Shown: piece after piece, positions 1-14,700 of the stretch
How positions within the stretch are numbered: position 1 is the stretch's first letter
Layout of the letters: each line of letters begins with the position of its first letter
Assembly: GCA_030324005.1 (NCBI GenBank)
Contig: JARDVH010000097.1
Location: forward strand, 53,626,075 to 53,690,074
DNA from: Negaprion brevirostris
Taxonomy: Eukaryota
Direction: 5' to 3'
Length of the DNA: 64,000 bases
The notes under the pieces: generated by a model
What the model was told of the DNA's origin: nothing
Databases searched by the model: none
What the model saw: only the letters and a program-made list of their open reading frames with translations
Position numbers and translations under genes: made by a program

Positions 1-235
1 GAACCTCTACAGGCCTTGTCAGCTTACAGTACTGAAGGATTTTGCGAGGTCAACAAAGGTTGTGTAGAGCTCGCAATTCTGCTCCTGACACTTCTCCTGA
101 AGTTGGTGCACAGCACGTCAGTACTCCCATGACCTTTGCAGAAGCCACACTGTGACTCTGGAAGCAGGCCCAGCTGAGTGACCAGACGACTTAGCAGGAC
201 TCTTGCAAGGAATTGAGGAATTTCCAAGAACATCC
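1..235 (-). mobile_element. RTE-clade LINE reverse transcriptase remnant
   Basis: Translates to LARVLLSRL...LLPESQCGF and, in a shifted frame, QLQEKCQEQNCELYTTFVDLAKSF, typical of RTE-clade RT; disrupted. Confidence 0.75.
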
Positions 236-1493
236 TCAAAGTGCTAGGATTTTTAGGATTGAGCAGATTCTCAGGAAAATTGTATAAAACTTTCCTAGCA
301 TAGTAGCACCATTGACAGATGTTAAAAGAAACATGAAATTTTGGTGGACAGAAAAATGCCAGGAAGCATGTGAGAATTTAAAAAGCAGTGTTAACCACAG
401 CACTTGTTTTAGCCACATCAAACTTTTTGAAATGCTTCAAAGTCACCAGCAACATCTGTGTTGGAGCTGTGTTGTTACAGGAGAATGACTGTGGAATTGA
501 AAGGCCAAATTGGTTATTTTTCAAAAAACTCAATATCCACCAGAAAAAACATTCAACAATTGAAAGTTATGGAGTTTCACAATGGCCTTACAACATTTTA
601 ATGTTCATAAACAATGCATTGGAAACAATTGTGTATACCATTAACAACACTTTTGACATTTCTGGAAAGATTTAAAGACAAGAACACCAGATTGTTTTGG
701 AGGAGTCTCGTTATGAGCAATTATTTTACAGATTGTACATGTTGTGGGTTGTGAAAATGTTATCGCAAATGCTTTATCACAAAATTGATAGGGAAAAGTG
801 AAGCAATTTTTCATAGTTCATTTTTCCTTAAGGGGAGAGATGTTGCAAAGTTGAATACAGTAATTCTAGATTGGTGTTTGTAAAATGCTACACAGAAAGC
901 ATTGGCATAGTCTCTTTAAAAAGGTGGTTCTTTTGAAGTTTAAAAAAATGCAAGTACATAGAGTGCCCAAAATGAAACATTCATATTGAAAGGCCAAGCA
1001 GTCACCAAGGCAACAGGCTTTTGAAGTCAGCCAATCAATTTCAATTAGGCACTTAGATACCAAGAACCTATTAAATTTTAAAGGTTATGGCAAGCTAGGA
1101 CCAATCCCATTGTGGGGGGTATTGATATGTCATCACATAAAAATAAGGCGGCAGTGGGACAAAAGCAGAGAGCAACTGCCAGAGTAACAGCTCTTTGCTA
1201 TTGAGATGGTGCTTTCTCAAGACAAATGAAGCTAAGATACCAAAGAATCAAAAGGCCCAGAAAAAGACAAATTTTTTTTTGTTAATAAATGGGGATTGTA
1301 TTTATCGAACAGCATTACATTGGAAGTGTTTTATTCAGTTTGTTAATAGTTAACATAATTGTTACTTGTTGATTTTAATTTTAACCACTAAATGCTGTAC
1401 CACTTCACACCCACTTTTATAGATTGTAGGATGAGGTACTCTGGTTAAGTGTTAGTTCTCGGAGTGGGGCAAACAACCTCTTGCTTTATAACA
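236..1493 (+). mobile_element. Ty3/Gypsy LTR retrotransposon remnant (RT/RNase H, polypurine tract, 3' LTR)
   Basis: IVAPLTD...WTEKCQEA.ENLKAVLTTALVL...VGAVLLQE...KKLNIHQKKHSTIE; purine tract aaggggagaga at 830-840 followed directly by a TGTT...AACA segment (841-1493) with an internal AATAAA. Confidence 0.75.
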
Positions 1494-1784
1494 AGGAGCG
1501 GACTCTAGAGACCTAAAGTCCACTTGCATTCTTATGTAACACATTAATTAAAGTTTGAATCAGAAGACCATTTATTTTTACTTTACCCAATGATTACTTT
1601 TAGTTCATACCAGAATTAAAATGCAGTGGTTGGAAAGCTGTGCAAAATGTTGCCTGGCAGAAATCTGAAATAAATATTTCAAGAAAATATACCAAATCTT
1701 TAAAAATGCCAATAAATTAGCCATATTAACATAAGCATCTTAACTTTATGTTGCTCCAATTGAGAATTATAAAAACGAAAACAG

Positions 1785-2557
1785 AGGAATATTTTGTATA
1801 GACGGTTTATTTAGTTCAGTACATACAAGGTTAACTTTGAATGGTTTCAACACTGCATTGTTTTCAGGTGCATAGATCGTTTTGCTGTATGAAGATTTAC
1901 TAACTTATCAAAACAACTAGTAATGCAGGAATCCACATGAAAAACAAAATAACTTTTATGTCAGGTAAATATCAAGTTTTATTTCTATTTTCAATAGTTC
2001 AGATTCTGTAATTTTGTAACAAATTTTATTTCCTAAATAAACCGAAGTATCCATTTCCATTGCACCATAAATATTTAAAAAAAATTAACTTAAATACTTT
2101 CCACCAACTGTACACAAAACATATTTCAAAAATATTTTATTGTTTTTAGAATTTACATTCTTACAAAAGTAACATTTTCATTCCTCAAGTGCATTCACTC
2201 ATTTGCAGCACTCACACAGTAATACACACCTGAACTGCACATGCAGTTGAACATACAAATACCAAAATGTATTCAATAACTTCTGCTGAGATCCCCGCCT
2301 CAAATAATAAAATATAAAACAAAAGGGGAGGTTCAAATTTGACATGTTCCTCGAAGGTAGCATGTACTATTGCTGCTTTGCATGTTTCCCAATGATTTCA
2401 ACGTAGCAAGAGGTAGTATCACTTCAGTGTCATACGATAGTCACCCTCATACAAAAGGATACATCAAATCCAACCATTCATCTTGTATCGGTTTCTTGTA
2501 ATACTCAAGTTTGTAATAGTGAACAAAAAAAATCATTTTTCTTCATCAGAGGAAGAC
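1785..2557 (-). other. PCF11: PCF11 3' UTR with tandem AATAAA signals
   Basis: AU-rich region with no recognisable repeat. Minus-strand AATAAA at 2136-2141, 2025-2030, 1978-1983 and 1806-1811; the last has TGTATGTA upstream and a U-rich tract downstream. The 3' end is inferred. Confidence 0.65.
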
Positions 2558-2767
2558 CTAGACTGTTTCCATTTTCACAGATGCAGCATCTTTTTCAGTT
2601 TTATTATCTGTCAACACACAAGTCCCTTCATTCTCTGCATCTTTACAGCTGTTAGTGGGATCTGAGGTCTTGCAACTACTATCCAACTGTTCCTGTTTAA
2701 TAACTGAATGTAGAGGATTTTCGATAGGAGCTTCACTTGGAGATGGAGTTGTATCCGTAAATGAAGC
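2558..2767 (-). CDS. PCF11: PCF11 exon 16, terminal coding part
   Basis: ttttcag|ASFTDTTPSPSEAPIENPLHSVIKQE...SVKMETV, then TAG (2558-2560); 210 nt. Confidence 0.92.
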   Translation of the reverse strand, partial: ASFTDTTPSPSEAPIENPLHSVIKQEQLDSSCKTSDPTNSCKDAENEGTCVLTDNKTEKDAASVKMETV

Positions 2768-5700
2768 CTGAAAAAGGAAAGCAATGAAAAAAAGTTAGTA
2801 TGAAGATTTGATAAACCAATGATAAAATTTAGCTGAATCTTATACACTTAAAAGTAATTACAATACTATACATCATCCCACTAAACAGCTACAAAATGTT
2901 TTTGAAAAATTGCACAAAATCCAAGCTTATTTTGCTGTAAAACAATTGTACTATGGTACATGAATATTTCAATATGTTGATATTCAATAACTAGATCTAG
3001 TAAAAAGATTAACACTGGTTTATACTCACATTTTTGTAATCTTCATAACACGCTGGATGATATGTCTAAAAGAAAAACATTATATCAGCTCACATTTCAA
3101 AGATAAAAGTAATTAGTGATTGTTTCTGCGCCATTACATAGATTTAGAATTATTTTGTTTTGTTAAAATAAATCAAGTAGAAGTAACATTAGAACCATAG
3201 CTTAGCATTTGAAATTAACACAGATGAACCGAATTTTACTGCAAAGGTAATGACATGATAATGACACTTTTTCTGCGCAAATCACTCGGATTAATTAAAA
3301 GGTCAATCTCCAGAACCTGCTGGCCATTTCACTGCTCCACCATTTACTTTACATGAATAAGATCTTGCTTCAGTCCTCCGTTACCTTTGAGAACTTGCAA
3401 GATATGTACTGGCACATATTTGCCTTGTAACAACCAGGCCCAGGACTAATAAAGGGAACAATGGAGCCACCTAGTAACAAGGGCGATTCTGCCAGCAGCC
3501 CACATTCAAACAGGTTGATGAGATGTGTCCTTTTCCCAGTAATGAGATTAGCAGATATCTAGACAAGATCAGATGTAAAAACCCTATCATCAGGAAGTAG
3601 CTTACCGAGATGACCAATTGATCAGGGGGAGGCATGCAGATGCTAATTTTTGAGACTCCGGAAATGCTTACTCTCACAAATGAGTAAGCATTCATGAGAC
3701 TTCTCACACCATTTCAAAAAAAAAACAATATACACCAACACAAACTGGTGCTTCACGGCAAGATGCCCTCACAGATAACATCAGCACGGTTCGTTACAAT
3801 ACTTTCGTCATTAAACTCACCAAAACGTTACAAATTTTATTCACTCCACAAGAATGTTTAAGCTTTCTGGCCTAGAGATTAAACAATTTTAACTGTGGAG
3901 TCTTTATTTTTTGAAAGAAAATTTTTTTCCTCTGTCCTTGCCCCTCCCCTCAATCCAATCTTTCCTCTCTTTTCTGACTTAATTCATTTGCCTTTAATAC
4001 ACCCTCACTGGTTTCTTTTTCTTCTCAATCCTTATATCTTGGATGTACTTTCATCTCCCCCATTCACGGAGCTCCCAGAGCCCTGTTGTACTTGTCAAAC
4101 AGTTATCAGCTTGCATTTCCAGCAACTTTTGATACAAAAAGAAATTTGATCTGAAACATGCCAAGAAAAGTTCAAGATTGTATGATGCAAGATGTCCTCC
4201 TCCACAAGCTCTGGTCTAATGTTATCAGTTGCAGGTTTCACATAGCTAACACATATCAATTGCCTTGGATAGCAAGCTAATCAAACCTACTTAAAACAAA
4301 TTGGAAACTTTAATGCAGCTACAGTAGGACAGAAGATATTCATTTAAGATTTTAACTATCTTGCATATCTATACACTATTTTTCTGGTCATTTATATTGG
4401 CTAATATGTCTGCCTACACTCAAGTATTTCATGGGCAATGAAGCATCTTGAAACAATTGAAACTTGTAAACAACAAAACAAAAATGCAATTTTTCTTTAC
4501 AATTGCCCATTATTTACCACAATAATCTACTGTATTAATCAGTAAGAGTGAGAACAAGACCCCAGCTAAAGTATTATTTCAAATGGCAACCGTGCCAATA
4601 TTTGTACACAATAATGGCTCATTTTTATACATACTATTGAGCAAGATATTGAATAATTGGGCTTTCTGTACTTACTCTATTATCCACACGAACTGCATTT
4701 TTCAGATGCCACTCCTCCTCATCCTCATCCCAGTACTGCTCAAAAGCCTCTTGGCAGATTTCACAGACCTGCCAGATAAGAGCACAATGTGTTTAATAAA
4801 CTTGGGCTAAGTATTTACTTTTTTTTATTAAAAAGTTCAATAATGTTATTTTACTAGAAATACAATGCAGCATGATTTAGGATACAGTAAACTTCCAAAT
4901 GCTTCTCAATATTGAAAAGAAAGACTCAAATGGGACTGCAATTGTCTTCTTATATTCGTCATTAAAGGGATGGATTGGTAATCTGGACCTCTGTGAATAA
5001 CATGTGATTCATACAAAAGCACTTTTAAATCCTCTTAATATTTCCTAATACACCTTTGGTGACCATCCCTTAATGTGGTCAAAGATATGTGAATGCATAC
5101 CTAATAAAAACAGTCCAGGAGGTTTCTCATTACACCACCAGTATTAAATATGTATTGGAGAATGATGTTTTTTCCTTTCTGTCTTGATTACACCACACTC
5201 AGCCTGCAATACTTCAGATGAAGCTGACAAGCTAGGGGAATCTAACGCATACCTGAATGGTTGCAAATTAAAGGGAGAACAAGGGAGAAAGGGAATAGCT
5301 GGATAAGACAAAAGCAGAGACCCAGTGTAGCCAAGGATAAAAGCTGTTGTTTCTTAAAGAAGCAGTGGCGGAACTGGAAAAAGCAAAAAATGTGGTCGAG
5401 AAAGATGGCAGCCAAGTCAAAGAGAATATAAATCAAAATGTCAACAATCTTGTGTTTGGAATTCCAGACATGCATGTAGATATATTTTGTTGTGGAAGGT
5501 GGTGGCTGTGGCAGTCTGTGCCCCTCCTTACCCTGCAGGAAATATTTAATGTGCTCCCCAACCTTCATGTGTGCGTCACCTCTCCAATTAATACAGTGCT
5601 CAAGGACTATGCTTGTATCTCTCTTACCATCTTACCCTACCAAGCATAAAATAAACAAAAATCCTCAACTTACTAAACCTCTCCTTTCTTGCTTTAAATG

Positions 5701-8700
5701 CCCCTCTTATAATCCGATGTCAAGATATAACCCTCTAGAATCTCAAAACATCAGATTTGAGACTACTCATAAGTTGAAGCCTGAGGAATCTTGGGAGACA
5801 TGTGGTCCAATCTATTGGCAGAGGCAACTATGTTTTAAGTATTCCTAGAAATTTGATCATATGACAGTCAATGGAAAATGACAAATACCAATGCTATTGC
5901 ATTTACTGTAGATGAACACCAAGCCCAAACGTCTGTTTAGTAATGAGATATATAATTTAAAAACCAAACACAGAAAAGATTTAGTAACGCTTAAACTACA
6001 ATTCCTATGTTTCTACATCAACTGCAAAGAGAAATACTAATTAAATTATAACTTTTTTAATAACTAACAATACACAGCAAGTTATTAAAATAAAATCAAA
6101 CTATTCAATTCATTGACTTGCATAACCACTGTTGCAGCCAAGCTTCTGCTCTCCAATTCTCATAAAGCTTGTAAAGCAGTACACGTCAGTTATACCTCCT
6201 TCCTCCAGTTTATCTTTCTCCCTCTCCTAAGAGGAACCAATCACCATTTCCAGTAGAAGGGAGGACTAGGGAACCTAAAAAGATGTAGAGTAAAATGGCC
6301 ACTGCAGATCTGTCTATGCCATCTGCAAATCTGCCAGACATCTAGGTAAAACTAGGATATTTGATAGTGGGGAGCAAGATCCAGCAGGAGTCAGCACTAG
6401 AGTTTACAGACTCAATTTTCTGGGATACTGTTCTACAACACTTAATGTCAGGTTTAATTTTCAAATAAATAACAATTCTGGGACAGCCTGTTTTGCTCTT
6501 TTTTTTCTGTCATTTATATGCCGATCTTGGGCTAGAACATTCCCTCTAATTTAGCAAATACTTTAGATAAGGCACAATGGCATATCCAACTTTTCTGTGC
6601 TTAGTATAGGGCTGGAGTGTTTCACTAGGCAACCCGGTGGCCGAATAGTTGAGTGCACACAGTACCAATTTGACAATGAGTCTAACTAACTATCTGCAGC
6701 CCTTTAAATATATTGGGCTCAAAACAAAGGCATGAGCTCTGAAAGGTCACGCTAATCGACATTCAATACGATGTACGGAAGAGTGGTCTCATAAAAGTAC
6801 CTATCAAGAAAAGATGGAGAACAAACAACTTGGATAGAAAAGCAATAGATTAATTTTAGTACCTCCAAATCATTAAGTTTTAAACTCTTATTCCTGCCAC
6901 TTACTGTAATCCATATCTGGAAAATACTTATTCTAGTATTCAATATTGTAAATAAAATGGCTACCCGAACAAAAAAGACAAAATTTGATGACTTTCATAC
7001 GAATTTAAGCAAAATGTATTATTCAAGGAATCTGCTAGAACTGTCGTAAAATGCAATCAGATCCACTTCCATAACAAATCTACCTCATGTACTCCAGCAG
7101 GTCCAGCAGGAACACTTTGGAATTCCTTTTCCTTTGCAGCTTCTTGTGTTCTTTGCACAACTTCCTCATGGACCTTCTCAAAGAACTGACTCTTTGCACG
7201 TTCTTCCAGGTCAGCAATTTCCTCAAACTCTATCCAGTCCTGAGGACATGCAAGCATTACATGTTTCAAAAATCAAACGTTTGAACTTCTCAACATTTCT
7301 GCCATTTTACAAAATCTCAAACCATTTGTTACAGTTCAATGTTTACAACCTTCTTCAAGGAAACCTCTTCAAATAAACACACTGATAATTTTGATCAGTA
7401 TTCAATTTTAAGTCCCAAAGGCAGCTTGATTTAAGGCAAATACACCAGCTACATGATCTGATCTTGGGAATATTCAAAACACCACATTGCTGTAAAAACA
7501 ATTTTCAGTGGGCAGAATTGCAAGTTTTGCATTGAAAGATGGATTAAATATAGCCAGGTTCAAATACATTATAGTCCCATACACACAGGGCAGTAAGAGA
7601 TTTCCACTATTTCCTAACGTTTTTAAAATTTCACCTAAAATCAACGCTTACGAAAAATTGAAAATTTGATCGAATAGAGAAATATTTCCTTCAAGTCAAG
7701 AAGCTGTTGAGATCATTCCATTAGAGCTCAATGACTAGGCTGTCTGAACAAGACGTGGAGAGGAATGAAGGACTGCAACCAACCCAATCTCCATAACAGA
7801 ATTAAAACTTGCAGTATTTTAGGTTCCATTAAAAATCATAGGGCCACTGACTTAGCCTTCACGAAAAATCAGCTAGCACTCTAAAGCAGCTTTCAAGTAA
7901 AACTGGGAGGTACCCTGTGGCAGCAGATCAACTGCATCAGTCCCACCATAAGAAAATTAACCCTGGCTTCCACCCTGCCACAGATCAAATACCTAATACC
8001 TGATCCTACAACCTTTCACTATTTAAGGTTGCACTGGTACTCATTTCCCATTTTCACCAAGAGGCCCCAAAGCCCACCAGTAGCGCTCTCCACCANNNNA
8101 CTGAACAATAAAATTGGGGACACTACCATTGAACCCCTTAACCCAAGGGGAATTACAGCCCGTTTACTTCCCCAATGTCAATCCAATATTTTATTTTGTA
8201 TCTTTTATGTTCTAATTTCTATTTTTACCATCTCATCACAGCAGCCTTCACACTGATTGGATCGAATTATCCTCCCTTACCCAACGTTATTCGGGCTGAA
8301 TAGATTACATGGCCCTGACTCCTGTTCATTCAAGGTCACAGATCAACTAGCTCCAAAATCTTGTGCTGGAAAAATTTCATACTTTCAAAAAAAACTTACA
8401 GTTAAACTATAGTACCACTTTCTGTAAGTGACTTTCTTAGTGATGTCCTTTTCCATTCTATTCATTCGATAATGCCAGTCTAAATGGTCTGCATAAACAT
8501 CAGTTTGCGATGCTGTGAACCTCATTCCACACGAGTAACATTGAATGCCTGTGTATAGTCGGCTGATAACGCCATCATATCTCCTGTTCAAGAGAAATCA
8601 ATAGTATAATATTTAATAATCAGCAAATGTAATGTTCAATAATTATATAAAACATCTTGTTCAGTAATAGAAATGAAACATTTTAAGGCCTTTCACAGAG

Positions 8701-11700
8701 TCACAAAATGCCCATCACAATTATTTAGTAAGTGGAGACTTAATAAACAACAAGTTCTTCTCAACAAATTGCTCTGTTCAACACACACTGTACTTGCACG
8801 GAATCAAAAATTTCATATAAAAGATTGTATGCGCTTCCTTCAGATGCTCCAGTTTCCTCCCAGTCTGAAAGATGTGCTGGTTAGATGCACTGGCCACACT
8901 AAATTCTCCCTCAGTGTACCCAAACAGGCGCCAGAGTCTGGCAAGTAGGGGATTTTCACTAACTTTATTTAGAGCGTTAATGTAAACCTACTTGTGACCC
9001 AATAAATAAACTTCAAACATCCTCCACCATTTCTAACTCTTGGGCATGGAAAGACGTAAAGTAGATGGCTAATTGATCTTTGAATGCAGTTAATGCTCTC
9101 ATACTAGTGAAGAGGTTGATTTCCCATGTGTTTTTGAAAAATACAGTAGGATTCTTCAGTTTACATTATGTCTAAAGGAGAACCATATTAGTGTGTACAA
9201 GGAGTTGAATTACATTTAGTGAATGCATTTCAACCAATCTAGAGGTTCTGACATCAATCAACTGTGCACATCCAAGTCTTCCTACACTGATTGAACTTGA
9301 AAGTAAACCAAACCAGCTCCTCAATCGTCAACATTGTGGATGCATAATTTTCCTGCCAAAGAAAGTTAATCCTACAAAGGATGTCTCTCCAGCCAGACGA
9401 AAAATTTGAGAGCATTTTACAGATTACTCACTAGTGGCAGATGTCAAAGACAACTTTCTCAATAATTTTATCAACGACTTGGAAGAGGGGGCTGAAGAGT
9501 GGGTTAGTAAATTTGCAGATGACACCAAGATCGGTGGAGTAGTGGATGAGGTGGAGGGCTCTTGCAGGCTGCAAAGAGACATTGATAGGATGCAGAGCTG
9601 GACCGAAAACTGGCAGATGGAGTTTAACCCTGATAAGTGAGAGGTGATTCGTTTTGTTAGGACAAACTTGAGTGCTGATTACAGGGTCAAAGGCAGGCTT
9701 CTAAGGAGTGTGGAGGAACAAAGATCTTGGGGTTCATATCCACAGAACTCTGAAGGTTGCCACTCAAGTGGATAGAGTCATGAAAGCGGCTTATAGCGCG
9801 TTAGTGTTTATTAACAGGGGGTTTGAGTTTAAGAACCGTGAGGTTATGCTGCAACTATACCGGATGTTGATGAGACCACATTTGGGGAATATTGCGTTCA
9901 GTTCCGGTCACCTCAGCATAAGGAGGATGTAGAAGCATAGGAAAGAGAGTNNNNNNNNNNNNNNNNNNNNNNNNNNNNNNNNNNNNNNNNNNNNNNNNNN
10001 NNNNNNNNNNNNNNNNNNNNNNNNNNNNNNNNNNNNNNNNNNNNNNNNNNTGGAAGCATTGGAGAGAGTGCAGAGGAGATTTACCAGGATGCTGCCTGGT
10101 TTGGAGGGTAGGTCTTATGAGGAAAGGATGAGGGAGCTGGGGCTTTTCTCTTTGGAGTGGAGGAGGATGAGGGGTGACTTAATAGAAGTTTATAAGACGA
10201 TGAGAGGGATTGATAGAACGGACGTGCAGAGACTATTTCGTTGGGTGAACGTAGCTGTTACTAGGGGGCATAACTACAAGGTTCATTGTGGGAGATATAG
10301 GAAGGATGTCTGAGGTTGATTCTTCACTCAGAGTGGTTGGGGTGTGGAATAGACTGCCTGCTGTGATAATGGAGTCAGACACTTTAGGAACTTTCAAGCA
10401 GTTATTGGATAGGCACATGGAGCATACTGGAATTATAGGGAGTGGGATAGCTTGACCTTGGGATTGGACATAGTTCAGCACAACACTGAGGGCCAAAGGG
10501 CCTGTACTGTGCTGTAATGTTCTATGCTCTAACAATAAAAACATCTTCCTCAAATCTTCAACTAAATATACAAATCATTATTCCTAATACAGAGGGTATA
10601 CAGAAACTGCCTCATTGCAGTTTTGAAGTACCCAGTGATGCAATTAAGGTGTGGAAACACAAACATTATACAAAATGAACTAGAGAGAAATACTCTGCAA
10701 ATTGGCCCATGATACTGACCAGCACAAAACCTTTGTTTATTCCAGGTACTGCAATTTCTTACAGCAAGTAAACATACCTGGTTGACTAGCGTTTTTTGTA
10801 CAATTGTGTTTGATTCTATGGCATGCAGTTGCACTCGGAACCTTGTGTTTCTTTGCAATTGCATCAAGTAAAGTTACTTATTTTTAAAGCACAGCTTTAA
10901 ACAAAATCAAAATTCAAAGTAGTCTCAACTCAAAATAGGCTATGCAGTTGTCAAAGTAATTTGATGTCAGCAGCTAGCACAGCCACCTTTCGAGAGAACG
11001 TTTCAAAATCTGAACATCTTAAAAAAAAAAGGTCTGGCATCAATTAAACTAAGTGAATTGATCAAAATAATGCAGGCCTTGACTAATGTATATAAAAATC
11101 CATTCACTTCAATCAAGGGAGTTTAAAGGAACAATCAGCACAACTGTACGAAAACAGGAGTCAGGCTAATTAAATAGCTTTTTCAAAAAACTGGCAAAGG
11201 TCTGACAAGCTGAGTGCCATTCAGTCCTGAGAGATTCCAAGCAGTTAGCACTAATTGCTGTGAACTTAAAAGTTCAAAAACTTAAGTTTAATAATTTAAC
11301 CAATCACAAAGAAAATTATTTGGAAATAAATAGGTAAATCTTTTCCTAGTATGTGCTAATAATGCTGCCCCCAGAAAAATAAGATTTGTTTCCAGAACAA
11401 CCCCAGATTTGCCCTGTGGACAAGCACACAGCACATAACCAATGTCACTAATCGCAAAGAACCATTTTTATTTGCTGGTGGAGGGACCATTCCCTCCCAT
11501 TCTATTCAATTATCTTCAGTAAACAAATGAAGAAAATAAAATGTGAAGTATCATTGATTTAAAGGAGTCAATGTTAACAAAAAGTTAAAGTATACTTGGA
11601 TCAGTCTAGGCCTGATCAGATTGTCTCAACTTGATAGAAACTGCTTTCAAGATTTACATTCTTTATGAATGCAGAGTTCAAAGTCAGGAATTAGAAATTA

Positions 11701-14700
11701 CTTACTGCTTCAATTCATCAATTTGAAAGCCAGTAAGATCTGGAATGCTTTCCTCATTTTCTTCCTCCTCATCATCTTCAATTATATTTTGGGCTTGAGG
11801 ATCACCTTCTGGAAACATTTCAGACTCTAAATTGGTTAAAACAAAACAATGAAGTTGTACTTTCAATTTAGGTTTTCTGAAGAAAATGACAGACTGAATG
11901 AATCATTTAAAAAAAATTTGTGAAAAAAAACTTACGTGTTGGTACAGACTCTACTGGATTTGGTTTCAGAATTCCAGTAGAAAGCAGCTTGGAGAACAGC
12001 TCATTAACATCCAGCTGCCCCAAATGATTATCCAAAGGTGCAAAAGATGATCCTGTAACATTATAATATTTGATTACACAACAGATAAAAATAAGTCATA
12101 ACTTTAACTGAATTAGCTCAAAAAGCCAACTTGGCAGCAAACAAAATTTAGAAAGACCTAAGCAGGTGGATGTTATAATACCATATGAATTTATTAGCAC
12201 AAGAAAGTTATTTGCTATTTCAAATCCAAGGCTTCACGCTATAAAGCTAAATGTTAGGCAGTTCTTGAATAATACACTAGTTTAATGCAAAACATTTACA
12301 GAATCACTTTTTCAAAGTGAACATCTTGCTCACCATTATTGACAAAATTACATAAATAGTGCTACCAGAAGACCTATCATAAGTTACAATTTGCACATTT
12401 TTTAAAGCCCATGGACTCTATGGCTATAAAGTATTAAAACATTATTTCCATCTACACTTCCATCCCAAATCAGCTCTGCCTGTTTCTTCCTTGAATGGAG
12501 GTACAACCAGTCACCATCCACCAACACTACTCTGCCTGGTTGAACTTACTCATGGATTGAAGATCTATCAATTCAGGGGTTAGAACCAAGCCACTGCAGA
12601 GCTGCAAACTTAGTGATGCAACTAGGGATGCACAAAAGGCCACACTTAAAAGAATGCCGAGATCTCAGAGAATTGCAAAGGGAGAGGTGAAAAAAATTGG
12701 GAACAGTAATGCCAGACAAGAATTTGACAACAAGGATGAGCATTTTCAAGCTGCACTGCCACATCAGGAGTCTGTATGACTCTTCTTCAGAGTTAAAAGG
12801 AGGGAGAAATTATAAATTTTGTTTTAAGAGGGGGCAGAGCAAAGTAGAACACCGGGAATAGGTGCAGCTTGGAGAGATTTGGCAAATATGCCAAGGTACA
12901 AAACAAAGGGAGTGTTAATGGTAATGTTAAGGACTGACCATGGAATCAGATAGCAGAACAAGGGTCAGCACTCAAAAGCAAAACTTAAGTGACAGATGGT
13001 CTGTGATAGATAGAGGGTAGGGAGCACTGGGACAAAATAACTGGAATTGCAATAGTTGAGTTTGGATGAGGGTTTCAGCAGATTAGTGGGGACAGGGAGG
13101 AGATAGTTGCAAACTAACAACAGTGGCCAGAAAAAGTGAGTCAGCGGCAAGGAAATGGGACTTTGTCCTGGAGACCAAAGATAATGCTCTTCCCTACCAA
13201 TATTTAATTGAAGGAAACTTCTGACATATCAGAGAAGCATGACAACAATGACAGCAGCAGAGTCAAAGTGAGGATTTGGAGGAATGTAAGAATAGACCTT
13301 TGGAAGACTTTGTAGGTAATGGCACAGGAGAGGGAAGAGATGCCATTGCAGGTGATTTTTTTATTTACGTACAACTAAATACGTATGAATAAAACTAGTC
13401 AAGAGCTACTGGACAACAGAACAAAGGTATTGAAGCAAGATGGTGCAGTCAACCTTTAAAGGCTGCAGACAATACAGCAGGATGAGAGGGGTAGTTTACA
13501 TGTGATTCACAGTTTTGTGAAAGCAAGTTTCAGTACAATGACAGGAAGAAACGTGAATGGAGGGGTTCAAATTGGAGTCATGAGAAAGGTATATAAATTT
13601 TAGATGATGCGAGAGGAAAAGGAGTTTTGGGTATAGTTTTGCAATTAAGACCTGGCTACAACTTATGGTACATGAAAGAAAGAATAGCACAGTGGCACAA
13701 TGATTAGCATTGCCACCTTACAGCTCTAGGAACCTGGTTCAATTCTAGCCTCGGATGACTGCTTGGGTGGAGTCTGCACAATTCTCCCCGTGTCTGCATG
13801 GGTTTCCTCTAGGTGCTCCAAATTCCTCGCACAGTCTGAAGATGTGCAGGTTGGTGGACTGGCCATGTTAAATTCCTCCTTAATTGCCCCACCATGTGTA
13901 GGCTACATGGATTAGCCATGGAAAATGTGTTGAGTTACGCGGATAGGACAGAGGAGACAGCCTAGGTAAAATACTCTGTCAGAGAGTCAGTGCAAACCTG
14001 ATGGATCAAATGGCCTCTCATACACTCAGGATTCTAATCTAAAAAGTAAATGATAAGAAATTCATCTGTCCAATTTATTGCAGAATATACATACCTTGCT
14101 GGATTTGTGTAACTGGAACAGAAGATTGAGGGGGTATGTACTGTTGGCCTTGACTAAAAGGAGTCTGATTTTGAGAAAAACCAGTCATGGCATTAACCTA
14201 GGAAATAAAAAAGAAATTCATGAAAATCATCATGATCATGAAAATATCCAAAGATTACATTTCAAATTTATGCTGTTTCACGTATCAAAGAGGCTGATGA
14301 GAATCTTCCCCACACTTCAATATTCTAATTTTTTTCTCCTGAAGGCACTAGATACAATTTTACAGGCCACTAGCAGTTCTTCAATGCCTCATTAAAAAAA
14401 ATATATACACATTAGTCTCAATATTAAATTTCAGCATTGTTTTGACTATGCAGAGTCTGTGCAGAGCGCTTTCTTACACAGATCATAGGAGGAATCAGAT
14501 GTACAAAACAGTGCATGGTCAAGTGCCACTAAAACAGTCATCTCAATGGCATCTAAACGCTTACCCAATGACAAACCAATTCCCATGATTGCTGTTGGGA
14601 TCTTCAGATCCTCATAACACAAAAGTATATCTCTACCCATCCATTATAGATAATTTTTTGACTGAAGATTTTACCTCATAAAAAAGAATTAAAATATTGA

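Noticed and set aside
9930-10070. Near-repeated sequence on both sides of a 100-N gap (also aggaatag around the gap at 17273-17372)
   Set aside because: Most likely a scaffolding overlap inside CR1 copies rather than a biological tandem repeat or TSD.
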